A DNA stretch of 64,000 bases, taken from contig OX597829.1 in the NCBI GenBank assembly GCA_951406725.2, forward strand, positions 54,002,001 to 54,066,000, in the 5' to 3' direction. Shown here one piece after another: positions 25,576 through 38,530 of this stretch (the first letter of the stretch is position 1; the number at the start of each line of letters is the position of its first letter). A program made the position numbers and the translations under genes. Source of the DNA: Octopus vulgaris. Lineage: Eukaryota. The notes below the pieces were generated by a model. That model was not told where the DNA came from and ran no database searches. It saw only the letters and a list, made by a program, of their open reading frames with translations.

Positions 25576-26464
25576 CATGTCATGTTCCCTCATCCTCTCT
25601 TCTTATTCACTTTTTATCATACCCCTGCTTAGGATCTCCATCCATACTCTCTTCTATTCTCATTTGGTTATAAGGGTTACTCTTGGGCCGTATCTTTGTA
25701 AGTTGCGAACCAATTCAGCACATATGTTAATAACTTGAAAAAAAAAAACCCACTCTGTTAAGTGAATGCCTTCTCCAAGTGGAGTAAGGAGTGGAAACCC
25801 CAGCATAAAAACTATGATAATGTAGACACTGGAGTGTGATGCATTTCTCTGACCTATTAGATCCTCTCAACCACCCAACATATGCAAGTATGGAAGCAAA
25901 ACATTAACTGATGATGTGTGTGCACTTATATATAAATGCATGTGTGTGTGGGAACTGTTAAGTTATGGGGATGTAAACAAACCAACAATAGTTGTCAAGT
26001 GGTGTGTGTATGTATGTCTGTACGTAACAAAGATACACACATACATGCACACAAACCCCCACACATCATCATCCTCATCAACATGTAATGTCCATTTCGT
26101 CATTCAACAAGTCAGCTGGCAAGTCAGAGGACTGCACCAAAGGTCAAGTGTCTGCTTTGGAATGGTTTCTACAATTGGATGCCCTTCATAACATGTATAT
26201 ATTTATCTATATATATATATATCTACAGCTGGATGCCCTTCCTAACGCCAACCACTCTGCGAGTGTAGTGGGCACGTAAAAAGCACCCACTACACTCATG
26301 GAGTGGTTGGCATTAGGAAGGGCATCCAGCTGTAGAAACTCTGCCAGATCAGACTGGAGCCTGGTGCAGCCCCTGGCTTCCCAGACCCCAGTCGAACCGT
26401 CCAACCCGTGCTAGCGTGAAAAACAGACGTTAAACAATGATGATGATGATGATGATATATATAT

Positions 26465-26605
26465 ATAAATAGTGAGAATTTATAAAAAAAACATAAGATG
26501 AAGATGAGTGTGTAAACAACAAACAGATGTATTTGTTTAACGCTCGGGAATTGAAAAAGTCTTTTACATTTTGAGCCTACGCTCTTCAACAGAAAGGAAC
26601 ACAGA
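26465..26605 (-). mobile_element. PLE terminal repeat with variant hammerhead-like motif (26561-26596)
   Basis: Minus strand CTTT-CTGTTGAA-GAGC-GTAG-GCTC-AAAATGTA-AAAG. Homologous to 9020-9148. Confidence 0.55.
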
Positions 26606-26757
26606 AATATATGGGCAACTGTCTTCTAGTATAGCCTCAGGCCAACCAAAGCTTTCCCAGTGGGTTTGGTAGATGGTAACTGATAGAACCCCATCGTATA
26701 TATATACATACATACAAGGAAGTAGGTGTGAGAGGAAGAGAGGAGAAGGGAGGAGGG

Positions 26758-27520
26758 TTAGATGAAGTGGGGAGGGTAGTTGATCCCATGTGGCACAAAG
26801 GAGAGAAGAGAGAAGATTAATCCTTATTCATGGTGTGAAGATGTGAGTCCAGATGGCCCCTGTGCAAGGACAATCCGAACACAGACAGGTGTTGTAAAGA
26901 GTGACCAGTAGAGTGGAAATGGCATGAGACCGGGGTGTCGTTGCTGAGTCTGATGTCTCAGAGGTGTTCCATGAATCAGTCAGGCAAGCAGCGTCCCATT
27001 TGACCAATGTATAGAGAAGGACAGAGAGAGCCGGAGATGCAGTAGATGATGTTGCTAGAAGTGCAGGTGAAGGAGTCAGTGATATGATAGGGTCGATGTT
27101 GGGTACCTGTGAGGAGGGTGGTGTTGGAGAGGTAAGGGCAAGTGCGGAAGTGTGGGCAGGAGCAGGGGGACAAGCTGGATTGGGAGGTTGGGTGAGGGAA
27201 GAAGTGGTGGACCAAGAGGTCTCATAGGTTGTGGGCTCATTTGAAGAGGGGAGGGGTCGGTTAGGGAAGATGTGCGAAGTGGAAGGGTCAGACTGGAGTC
27301 ACTGGAAGGCTCAGAGAATGGTGCATTTACCTTTACCCTGGATAACAGCTGGTATGCATGGGTGACTGTTAGTCTTCCACAAATAACCTTGCTCAGACTT
27401 GTGCCTTGGGAACTTTCTAGAAGCAATCCCATGGTCATTCATGACCGAAGAAGGTCTTTGCCCTTTACCCTTTACCTGAATAAGGATTTCTCTTATAGCC
27501 ACTTTTGATGCTGAGGCACT
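26758..27520 (-). mobile_element. Penelope-like retroelement remnant, GIY-YIG endonuclease domain (Cys-linker, Neptune-like)
   Basis: PCSCPHFRTCP...FTCTSSNIIYCISGSLCPSLYIGQMGRCL..*FMEHL*DIR...TPVSCHFHSTGHS...LIFSLLSFVPHGIN. These are PLE GIY-YIG and CCHH-type motifs with in-frame stops. Confidence 0.85.
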
Positions 27521-29605
27521 GGACCTTGGTGGAAGAAGCTGGAGTTTAAGTTCACATTCATTTGAGACCTACTCTGTATTATCTATACTGAGTTTGTTTA
27601 ATTCTCACCTACTCACACTCTGTATCTAATTTATTCTCACCTGCTCATTCTATATATAACTGTATTCAATATTCATTACTTTCATGTTTCATTGATAGCT
27701 TTATTATATATTATCTTGCAACGACTGGGCTTCTGACATTAGAAAGATGAGGTGATGACATCATAGTGAGTTGTGATTCTTCGTATCGACAACTACCAAA
27801 GCATCACTGGAAATTGAGGACAGAACACTTGGAGTCTGATTAATTAAAGTGATGAGCTCAGAAAGTTCTTCCTAGGCTTAAATCACACAATAAAAAAATA
27901 ATGAGATTCAACCTTTATTGCACAAATGAACCAAAGAATTTAAAAAAACTGTTGAAAAGATGTCACTTTTGAAACATACACTTTAGGGAAAAGTCATTCC
28001 CTTGCTTCCCCTTTGAATTTGAATCTGCGTCTGGTTAATATTATCAAATTCAGCAATTTTTATCACAGCTAGCATTAGATTGACCATACAGGTAATTGAC
28101 ACATCTGTTAATATATATTACTGCCAATCACATTTGGCAGCAGTTGTTTATAGACATTGAAAGATATCAAAAAAACCATTTTAGATTTTATGTAAAAATA
28201 CAATCTAAAAGTTTATTGTGAAGCTTTGTAATCCTATGATTTGAGCTTTTGCAAAAGACAATATTAGTTTTGGTTGGAAGCTGTTGTGGTTTGGTCCACA
28301 TTATATAAGACACCTCTGAAATCTTTTTCTCTAAAGCTATGTTGCACATCCACACTCATAAATATTTAAAGGACATCTCATATAAACACAGACATATCCA
28401 ATCACATACGTATATAATGTGACAACAAACTTAAATATATTCATATTGCTGTTTGATTGTGTTATCCTTAAGCTCTGCATTTAACTATAGTGTGGTTGTG
28501 ATGAATAATCAACAGAAAACAACATTTATTTGTTGAAAGTTACAGTCACAAAATCACACTAAATTGAGTATAATTTTTCATTCTGTTTATTTAACTGGAA
28601 CACAAAATATACATTTTTTTCAGCAATTGAATAAAGAGCAGTATTTAAGAATTAACCAATAATAGAATAATTTCTCACTGCAGTATGCTGGTACCACAAC
28701 CATTCATAATTAGTGAGGACAGATTAAGTTAAAAAAAAGTAAGAATGACTTTTTGCAAAATTTACCAACATGCTGTGGTGTCTTCAGCTTTTATTAATTT
28801 TTGAAGATGGAAAAAAGGCAACATGACTACGTGCAGAATCTGATAGCTTACTTTTTTGTCAGATTTGTTTGTCTCATTTGTACATTTTCAGCAAAATTCT
28901 AGAACATCCTATAAGCCATTTGGCAGGAAGATTCCAGCTCATCATTTGATCTGATTGGCTGAACCACAGTCACATGAGCTTAATACCTTTTCAGGTAGCC
29001 ATAGTCTGAAGCTGGGAAATATGAATATGATGGTTAAAAGAAATGGTCATCTTGGTACACATGTTTCTCTGACTTTGTTGCAATCCAGTCATTGTTAGTG
29101 TTATTAAAATAATTTTGTTTTCTCAACTTATTAATGGTGTATTAATCATGGTTTACATCGCAACATTTAAAGCTCAAATGCTAAAATTGATAACCTGACA
29201 TATTTTCTTCATCACAACAAATAAATGCTAAAAGATACAAAAACTAAAGTTCATAAGTTGTCACTAAACCACAACATTTGACCCTGGAAGTTGTGCAGCT
29301 GGAAATAAATCGTATCAGGTAGGTGAACATCTTGAATCCAAAGGCTCAGACCTGTGTAGTATCAGGTAATGTGAAGCATCTTCCATCTTGGTAAGGACAA
29401 TGCCATTAAACAATTACTAGATTTTTCTCTGACTCAGCAAAACTCAAGGCTCTCTGTACTGATACTTCAGGGTGATCTACCTGCTGGTCAGATTGCTTTT
29501 GCTGACTAGCAATTCACTACATCTCTGCTAATGTGTGCAAGAATATTGCCAGAAATATGGTTCGAGGGAGTCTAAAATATATGCATAAGTGAAGTAGCAG
29601 CAGTT

Positions 29606-30215
29606 TATGAGGTTGGCTGAAAAGTTTATTGATTGACCAAGATTGTCACATGGAATGTGAGGTTTACTTTTCAAGACAGTATCCCTTGCAGTCCCCACAC
29701 TTCTTCCATCGGTGTTGCAGTGTTTGGATCCCACAGGTGAAGAAGCATTCGTCCTGTTGCTCAAAAAAGGTCAGCAACAGCATATATAACATCATCACCA
29801 CTGCAATACTGGTTCCCAACCGTTTTTCATGTTGGGGAACAGATGATAGTCAGATGGGGACAAATCAGGAGAATAGAGAGGTGGTGATCAACCAGTTCAA
29901 TGCCACACTCATGCACAGCAGCCATTAAAACCATAGATTTCTGTGCTGAAGAATTTCTGCCCTGATGAAACACGATTCCTTTTGTTAGTTTTCCTGGACG
30001 TTTTGTCTTGATAGCCTTTCGCAAATGCCTCAGTATGTTGGCATAGTACTCTCCATTGATTGTGTGGTCCCTTTGAAGATAGCCAATAAACACAATGCTT
30101 TTTACATTCCAAAAAACTGAGGCCGTTACCTTCCCTGCAGAGGAAAAGGCCTTGGCCTTCTCAGGAGCAGGTGAGGAGGCTGTTTCCACTGCATGGATTG
30201 TCTCTTTGTCTCTGA
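29606..30215 (-). mobile_element. Mariner transposon remnant (3' half of transposase plus TIR)
   Basis: SAGKVTASVFW..IVFIGYL...TINGEYYANIL..LRKAIKTKRPG, with YSPDLSPSDYHLF in a shifted frame. TIR-like TATGAGGTTGGCTGAAAAGTT at about 29607. Confidence 0.9.
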
Positions 30216-32308
30216 CTTTAAGTGATGAAGCTAACTTTATAAAATTCCCATGAACTGTCAGTTCCCAAATGACTTCCAGAAAAATATCATTCAGATGGTG
30301 TAAAATATGATTATATCGAAATTGTGGAAAATACATCACGATATCTAGAAAATGAAACATGAAATTTTGAAAAAAAAATTAGATGTCTATCAGTATGTGT
30401 GTGTGTGCCCACCATTTTTTTAAAAAATTAAATTCCTCTGTAATCGTAGCTTATAGCAGCTGAAAGGTATTTGTAGGAAACTTCATTAAAAATATGGGAG
30501 GAGAGGGGGTGGGGTGCAGAATTAGTAATCGGGGTAAAATGAGTAATCTCTGATTTCTTGTTATTTTCTACCTTCCTGTTTGAAATTATTACATTGCAAG
30601 TATTGCATCATTATTTTGTATTGCTACATTATATTTAGGATTAAAAATTGGTCAGCATAGTTGTTGTTGTTGAAGTTGAAGGAGTCCAAGACATAGTTAG
30701 GTGACGGGTACTTTTTCAAGAAATTTTCCCTCAACTTTGACCCGGTTGTAGTTGAGGTTGCTAATAAAATATCTGGATAATTTTTGCTGTTTAACAATTA
30801 GTATTCTTTTCTCTGCTGGATTCCAAGTCAATTTTTTTCCCACACAAATATATAATTCGATAATTTTCAAGTGTCAAAAAAAATGATGTCTAAAATGGGG
30901 TAAAATGAGTAACGACTAATTTTAATTATTTCTTCTCTTTAACTGGATGGTGGTGAAAATACACCAGGAAGAGAGTCACTCCAGCAGATCGTGAAGAAGC
31001 TCGAGAATATATGTTGGGTTTTTAGATTTAGTCGAGTTTCGTTAATTTCATATCATGTGCCATTTTTCTATGACCTTCTTTCCTTTGACCTAGATATTTT
31101 AAATTTTCGATGCATTTCTCATCTTTCTGATGTCCAGGGATAAATATTGATGTGTATGAGTCTGTTTTCTGGAGGATTGAAACGGCAAATTTATCTTATC
31201 TTTGCTTACCTATCTTGCCCCAGCCAAATTTGTCTTTTACATGCTCAAAGAGAACGGTGAGAATTTTCTGAAATAGTGATCAGATTATGTTTTAATGCTT
31301 TTAATGCAGCATTCAGGGAAGGCCATTAATTTAGCTGATTGAGTTTTTGTCTTTAAGTCTAAAATGCAGTAAAAACACCTCATATGCCTCACACTACCTT
31401 TATTTTTCTGAAAGTTATGAGGAAACAAAGGCGATGATAGAATACACTCGTGTAGGAGCCAAATAAGGGATATCAACTATCTAACGTTTATCCTTACGGT
31501 TTTAATAGAAACAACGTACATTTATTAGCGATTTTAAACGGTTTGTAGAGACAAGAGAAATTTTAACAATATAAAATTATACTCCATAGATCAATGTAAA
31601 ACACCTGTTGCATGTCATTGACCTAAAACAATTAATATGGTATAATCTTTAATTGTTAAAGTTTCTCTTGCCTCTACAGATTTCTGTTAGAAAACCTCCT
31701 GAGACAGTAACAGAAATGATATGATGAAGAGAAGCACCAAGGCTGAAGTTGGTAAACAAACGGGTGGAGATGGAGCGGGCACCAGCTGTGGCCGTAAACC
31801 GATTGTTGCAATCGTTCATGCTTTGTTTACTAATGAAACACAAGAAAAACTTTCTCTCTTACACATTTTATAATACTATAATTTAATTGAAATTTTATAA
31901 AAATGAGGTAAATAAAAAATATCGACTTTTAAATCGGCAAGATAGAATGAAGTAAACAGAAACAGTTAAAAACCAATTTTTGGCAATGTTTTACTCACAT
32001 GTTAAACAATGAATTATTTTGGAACTTTACTTTGTGTTGTGGGACACGGGAACATTTCAATTTAGTCTTGTTTCTTCTCCCAAGAAAACAACAATGCTTT
32101 TAATCAAATAGAATTATCTACTAATATTCAAAGCATTGTCACAAATCTTTGAATATCGATTCATTTAACACATGAAAATCACAAATTGGTCCCAGAGCAA
32201 GTTTTTACTTATTTTGCAAAGAATTACAAGAGCTATTCTTACTATTATGCTATTATTTATAAATAAGTCTATATAAGTGTTTTTTCCCCTCTCGCACACT
32301 CTCTCTCT

Positions 32309-32310
<2 letters not shown>

Positions 32311-32364
<54 letters not shown>
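32311..32364. repeat. (TA)27 microsatellite 3 nt upstream of the AASDH start codon
   Basis: ...CTCTCTCT(TA)27 ATT ATG. Confidence 0.95.
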
Positions 32365-32367
<3 letters not shown>

Positions 32368-32368
<1 letters not shown>

Positions 32369-32496
32369 TGGGCACCTTACACGATCTTGTCTTGCATGTA
32401 ATAGATAAGTTCAAAGACCGGGTTGCAGTGATTTATGATGATGAATTGGAGAATTCTGTTATCACATATAATGATCTTCATAAATTATCCAAACAG
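32368..32496 (+). CDS. AASDH: AASDH/ACSF4 beta-alanine-activating enzyme, coding exon 1
   Basis: MGTLHDLVLHVIDKFKDRVAVIYDD...ITYNDL resembles the AASDH N-terminus (MTLQELV...DRVAVCFDE). Donor CAG|GTAAAA, phase 0. Confidence 0.85.
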
Positions 32497-32742
32497 GTAA
32501 AAATGATGCTATTATTATCGTTTTTGTTGTTGTTTCTCTTTATTCGTAACTTCCTAATTTCCTCTTTAACTGATAATGTTTATACAGTTTTCTTTGTTTT
32601 GCTAGTTCTTTCTTTAGACTTAAATCAACCACTGCACATTCTTTGCTGTATTTATTTTTCTTTAAATACCTAGATTTAATTTGTTATGATAAGTATCATT
32701 TGTTTAAAGTGTTTTGTTTTAATAAATTAATTACCTTTTAAC

Positions 32743-32911
32743 GAGGGCCGTCTTAGAAGCATTAAAGGTCCCCGGGCAAGTCAGTGCCCTGGGCCCTATA
32801 GGATTTATACATTGACAGCAAACCACAGCATACATAGGACAGAATGAATCCTCTGGACCCGTGAGGACTCCGGGCAACTGCCCAGTATGTCCAATCTTTA
32901 AAACGGCGCTG
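32743..32911. mobile_element. hAT-like MITE
   Basis: Ends GAGGGCCGTCTTA / TAAAACGGCGCTG (decayed TIRs). Partial TSD CTTTTAAC / CTTTTCGC. Confidence 0.55.
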
Positions 32912-34390
32912 CTTTTCGCCAATTTGTTTCGAATATTTATTTACACCATAATTTTCACCAAGCGACTGCATTATCATTGTCCATATTTTATTTAATAATA
33001 TGAAATAGAATATCTTTATCGTATTTAATAAAGCTAAAACACATGCGACTAATATTGTTCATTTCAAACAAAACTTGTTCATTGTGCATCTTGTTGCCAA
33101 TGTTGATAATATTCTACTTCGCGAATCGATCTTCGAACTTTACAGTTGTGAAAGGAATCCTTTGTTTGTTGACATTCTATTATTATACAACATCATCTAC
33201 AAGTGTTTCATGCAATCCCGTTCTCGCTTTTTGTGTCTTTTGTTTTGCGCGGGCACCGACTGAAAACCGTTTATATTTTCCCAAAATAATATTTGTATTT
33301 CCTGTTGACAAACTTAATTTTAAATTTAGTTCCAAAGTAAAACGCGAAAATATTGGTACGATCTGGGGTGGGGGAAAAAAAGATAACCGGTGAATAGAGA
33401 ACCTCAAGAAATTATTTGTTAAATTTGTCGTTTTGGTGGTAATTCCTTAAACAATTTCCCCAACTCTTGTATGTTAGTATTTACATATTAAAAACTTTCT
33501 TTGTGTATTATTAAACATTCGATCATTACATTTGACTCCCTCTCTTCTTTTATTCAAGACTAAATCAGAGGTGGGGCAGTTTCCCCATTATCCTAAATTG
33601 GAGATAGGATTAACAGGATAGAATCAGCGTGGCTAATTAAGGGTCAGTCTGAATTGTTGCCGGTCAATAGATGACGGGAAAACGTGTATAGAAGAGGGGT
33701 GTTAATGGATATTTACCTTTTGACCGGCAGATTCAGAAAATAATTTTTTGTAACCAAACACTTTCAAATTTCGTATACTGGTAGAATGTGTCATATAAAA
33801 CATCTTTTACTCTTAGCGTTTTTAAGAAAAGTTTATAAAGGTCCGGTGTAATTTTCGAGATGGTGGGGTAAGGAGGGAGAATTTTGGAATAGCTGTTCCT
33901 TGAAAATCCCATACCTCAAGGAAAAGTGAGAACGGGGGAGAGAGAGATGGGGTAACTCTGAAATTATAGGGAAATGCTGTTTTTCAGAAACTAATTTCTG
34001 TTGCATGAGCCATGGGAATATTAAAAACGAAATGTGTTTAAAAGATCCTTGTAATTACCTTTTCCTACAAAGTATGGGGCTTTGAGGGACTACTATTCCA
34101 AAACAGTGTTGTTTTTCGGAAGAATGAATTAAATAAAATATTTGTTTCTGGTTCTGTGGGATAAAACACTGAATAAAATAGGGAGGGTAGAGATGTATAC
34201 AGCTTTAAAAGTGGAAAACACGACTGGCAAATTCAGCAAATATATTGTATATATATTATTTATTCATTGAAAAAGAATACAATTAACAAAAGTAAGTACT
34301 ATGAAGAGAGGAAAAAATTACTGCAAAGAAAACAAAATATAGGAGTAAATTAATACACAAAGGAAAGAGGTATACACACTCCATCGATTA

Positions 34391-35050
34391 TCACTCCAGA
34401 GGGCACTGGTGTTCCCTTCTAAAAGCTTTTGAGACACCTGAAACAATGTGGAAGCTTGCAAAGCTGAAGTGATGAATCAGCCTGGCATGCTCACTACCTG
34501 ATATTTCAGTAAGCTGGGACACAAGAAACTTCCTTGTCAGCAACCCAGCTCTTCTGAATGTCTCAACATCTAAAGGCTGAAAGATGTAATTTACCAATCT
34601 GTTGCTGCATTCCAATATTGTATTCCATTCAGCTTTGGGTGCAATGATTGACCTCTCCTCAGCTACAACTTTAAGAATGTATAAAGAAGTAAAAGTGTTG
34701 CTACATGGCATCTTGTAGAGGCTGCCTGCATATAGCCCAGGAGCAGAGTGGGTCATTGACTCTCTTCCTCTATAGTCCCTGTACTATCTCTCTAGTTCCA
34801 GAGTTGAAGGGAATATTTACCCTAACAAGAGCTCATTTAATTAGGTGTATCTCATTTTGGCAAGTAAACAACTTGCATCTAGTCAGGATGATAATCCATG
34901 AAGAACTTTGGAATCAAGGAGCTTTCTTACATCAACGTTCCATTCCCTTGTATTTTACATTTCTGACTCAGAGAATGATGGAGATGTTGAGCCCGTCTAA
35001 GTCATTGATGTTTGCCATGGACAATGCATCAACCTGGTCTCCAGAAAATT
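34391..35050 (-). mobile_element. Possible pogo/Tigger-like DDE transposase remnant
   Basis: IFQPLDVETF matches the QPLD motif of DDE_1 domains. Otherwise highly decayed. Confidence 0.3.
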
Positions 35051-35099
35051 TGGCTTTTACTGAAAAGTATATCTTTAATAGTGATCAGGTTGATCAAAA

Positions 35100-38000
35100 T
35101 GTGTTTTGATTTCAAATTGCCCTAAACTGTCAATTTATCCTGCAAATGAAATGACCAGTAATAATGCAGTGAACAAAGTGAGGAAAGTGCAGATATGAAG
35201 TTTATACAGGAGTATGCATTAGAATGGGTGACTGCAGGGACAAAAGGTGTTGCTTAAATTGCATAGATGGTTGGTGGGTGATCTAACTGAAAAGAGTTGG
35301 AATATTGATAGAAGACATTTTCTGTGCACATTGCAGAGCTGAAATAATGTGAAAACCTGCATGTAGCTTGTTGGATCTGGGCACTCCAGAGGAGAAACAA
35401 GAGTGATATTAGTGTCATGCCAAACACCAGGTGGGCTGATGTAGCACCAATTTTGTCTTTGACAGTGAAGTGAATTCCAAGAGTAATAAGGGGCAAGTAT
35501 TCTAGCCAATTGCTGTTGTGGAAAGCTCTAAGAGTGGATTTTAGTTGTCAGTGGAATCCTTCCATTATACCATTGGCTGCAGGACGGTAAGCTATTGTAG
35601 GAGATCATTTACAATCTAAAAGGCATCTCAATTCTGAGAAAAGAATGGGTTCGAACTGACGTCCTCAGTTGTGATTGTAGTAGGTGTTGAAGTGTAGCAG
35701 TATCTCATAGAGGGATAGCTTCAGACCATTGAGAAAGCCGATCCACACAGGTGAGGTATTTGCAATTCTGAAATGATAGCGATGGTCTGTGGCGGTGAAC
35801 TTTCGTCATATGACAAGGGACATAACTCTTGGCCAATTCCTTGATATATCTGTTGATACCAGGTTACACGAAATGGACTGTTATCAGCTCCAAAGTGGGA
35901 TTTGCGCCAGGATATGATAGGTTGTACAGAGCAGGAAAATACTCCAAATGTCTGTGGTTTTTATGTACATACGGGCCTTTGTGACCAGCAGAGATGTTGC
36001 ACCAAATATACCCTGGAAAAGAGGATAGAGGATGAAGTTTGAAAGAGAGAGAGGAAGAATTTTGAAGTTTGAGTTCTTCATCTTTTCCCTGATTGACAGT
36101 TCTCTTGACGATTTATAGAAGCAGTGGTATGCAGTGACTTAATGTGGACACAAGAAGGGGCATCAACTGCTGGTTTATCTGAGCCCTTAATGTAATTATT
36201 ATCTGTGGTATATTGGGACATGAGATTGAGGTAACAAATTTCCCTCAGTGAATGATACTCAGGTTTAGAAGGCAAAACACAAGAGATTTGTCATTAGTAG
36301 AGATAGAGAATACAGAGTCTTCCAGTTATGATAGAAATGTTTCCCACTGAGGTACTTTGGTAGCAGTTCTTGGCTAAAGGCACTGTATTTCATTTCAACT
36401 GGTTTGAATCACTTGGAGAAGAAAGAAAGCAGTTGCTAGGTACGATTAACATTCTGCTTTGACCTTCTGTGAGGAGTTGCAGAAGTTCCACACACTGGGT
36501 TTTAAACCAACGATGAAAATTAATCAGACTGATAAACTTCCTTAGTTTCCTGAACAATAAAAGAGTGTGAAAATCTAAAATGGATTTAACTGTGTCATTG
36601 AGAGAATGAATTCTTCTTTCATTGATACAGTGTCTCAGAAAATTTAAAGAAGACATTTCACAAAGGCATTTACTGATGCTGATAATGACACCATAGTGAG
36701 AGAGATGATCGGGAATTAGTTGCAGATGCTTTTCATGGTCATCTTTGGTAGTGCTGGCAACAAATAAGTCATCAATATAAGATTAGACACAGGCTAAACC
36801 CTGGACTACATTATTTATGAAATATTAGAAAATTAAGGAAGAATTGCATAAACCAGATGGCATTTTGGGAAAGTTGAAAAGCCTGAAAGGAATTGTAATG
36901 GCCATTTTAGGAATATCTTCTGGCTTGATGGGAATTTGATTGTATGCTGGATCAGACTAATTTTTGAAAACACTCTAGCACCATAAAGAGTGGAAGAAAA
37001 GTTCTGTAAATAAGGGACAGGGTATTTGTTGAGTTTTGTGCATGATTAAGAAGCTGATGGTCATGACAAGGCCACTCATCATCTGCAGATTTGTTGGGGA
37101 TCATATGAAAGGATGAAGACCAGTTGCTGCTGGATCAGCATATGCTTAAACTTTGCTTTGGCAATCTTAGCACAATCAGGAACCAGTTTTTGCAGTTTGG
37201 GTTAAAATCATAATGGTTGAGCTCTCATGATATGAGTCACAAAGTGAGTGGCTGGATGATTTTCAACTGTAGGTTGAGTAATGTCAGGGCACTTATACAA
37301 TAAAGCATCATACCTGCTTGAATGAGAGACATTAAAACAGGGCTGATAGATGATGCCCTTCATACTAACACTTTAGATATTGAGATCAGTGACTGGAATC
37401 CATTAATCTGTAATGTTTGACATCAACAGCCAAAATGATGGAAGAAATCAGCTCCAAGAATTGAAGTCAGCAATTTAAAAGCTCTTTTGAGACCAAGACC
37501 CAAGGTTATAAATTTTTCTTCAAAAGTTACCATCAGAGAATGGTTAACAACCTGGAGAAGGATTGGTGATGGTTTGCTGTTACCTGGTGCCATGCTAACC
37601 TCTGCTCAGTGTTCACAAGAAAATGGATATCAATTGATGTAAAAAAAGGCAGTTGGATTTAGGAAGTGAACCGGGTATGATTGCCACTGTTAGTTCCTGG
37701 CAACATTGTTTCCAGAAGGAGAAAGAGAAAGTGAACTGGATGGAGAACACTTATGAGCATTGCTATTGAGTGTGCTGTGGTGCCAATACATCAGAAAGGC
37801 CACCCAAGTAGCACTTGGACTACAAGACCATGAGACTACACTCTGAAAGTGTATACTGCTACAGCATGGCTGGATATGTATCTGCACTGACGGTGCATTT
37901 ATCTTCCTATCTCTGTCTATGAGTTGAGTCTGGAGAGCTGCTACTTCAGAGCTAGTGGGAAAAGATGAATTATAAGGTGATGAAGAAGAACAAGAAGAGA

Positions 38001-38530
38001 CTACTGGTGGCCTTGGTGTCACTTGTGTAACAGTTGAAAGGAATGTTGAAACTTCTCCAATGTTGCCAGTTTTATGGCCATTAACTCTTTGGTAGCAGCT
38101 CAGAAATATTGCACAGTAGTCAACAGTCACTTGGTGAAAAGCCTGCTTTAAGATAACTACATCCATGGGGTTATCTCCCAGTAACTGCTTCACACATGGG
38201 AGAACTGTGATGTTTTTTTTTTGTTTTGTCATCTGGCTCTTCAGTGATGAACGGTTGGTGCAGTTGTTGTTGCTTTGACTCTGACATTCATTTAATTACC
38301 TCTTACTTGAACATTTCGTATAAGACAATGCCAGATAGAGACGCTACCAAACCACTTCTCTAGCAGGATGTCTGGCGGAAGGGTGACATTCACAAATGAA
38401 GTGCAGGCGTTACCTGAGTTTATGAGCAGAGACAAGAATTGCACCTCTATGTAGATAGATCTCACAGTTGGATTGTATGTCTAGAATGTGGAGACTCTTT
38501 GGGATATTGAAGCTTTGGTCATCATTAATA
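35100..38530 (-). mobile_element. Decayed Ty3/Gypsy LTR retrotransposon internal region (CsRn1-like), antisense in AASDH intron 1
   Basis: Order is gag, RT, RH, IN. Gag has degenerate CHCC YWHHSTLNSNAHKCSP. RT has PIKPEDIPKMAITIPF and YIDD (36768-36779). Integrase has AYRPAANGIME..H.QLK and LGIHFTVKDKIGATSAHLVFG. Many stops, and no LTRs identified. Confidence 0.85.

Noticed and set aside
27751-27839. C/D box snoRNA candidate (GTGATGA ... CTGA, ~90 nt)
   Set aside because: No terminal stem, no recognisable rRNA guide and no demonstrated host intron. These short motifs occur by chance.
31680-31753. Possible non-coding upstream exon of AASDH (ctctacag| ... |gtaaac)
   Set aside because: The donor is weak and there is no acceptor before the ATG exon to splice to. 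Unsupported without transcript data.
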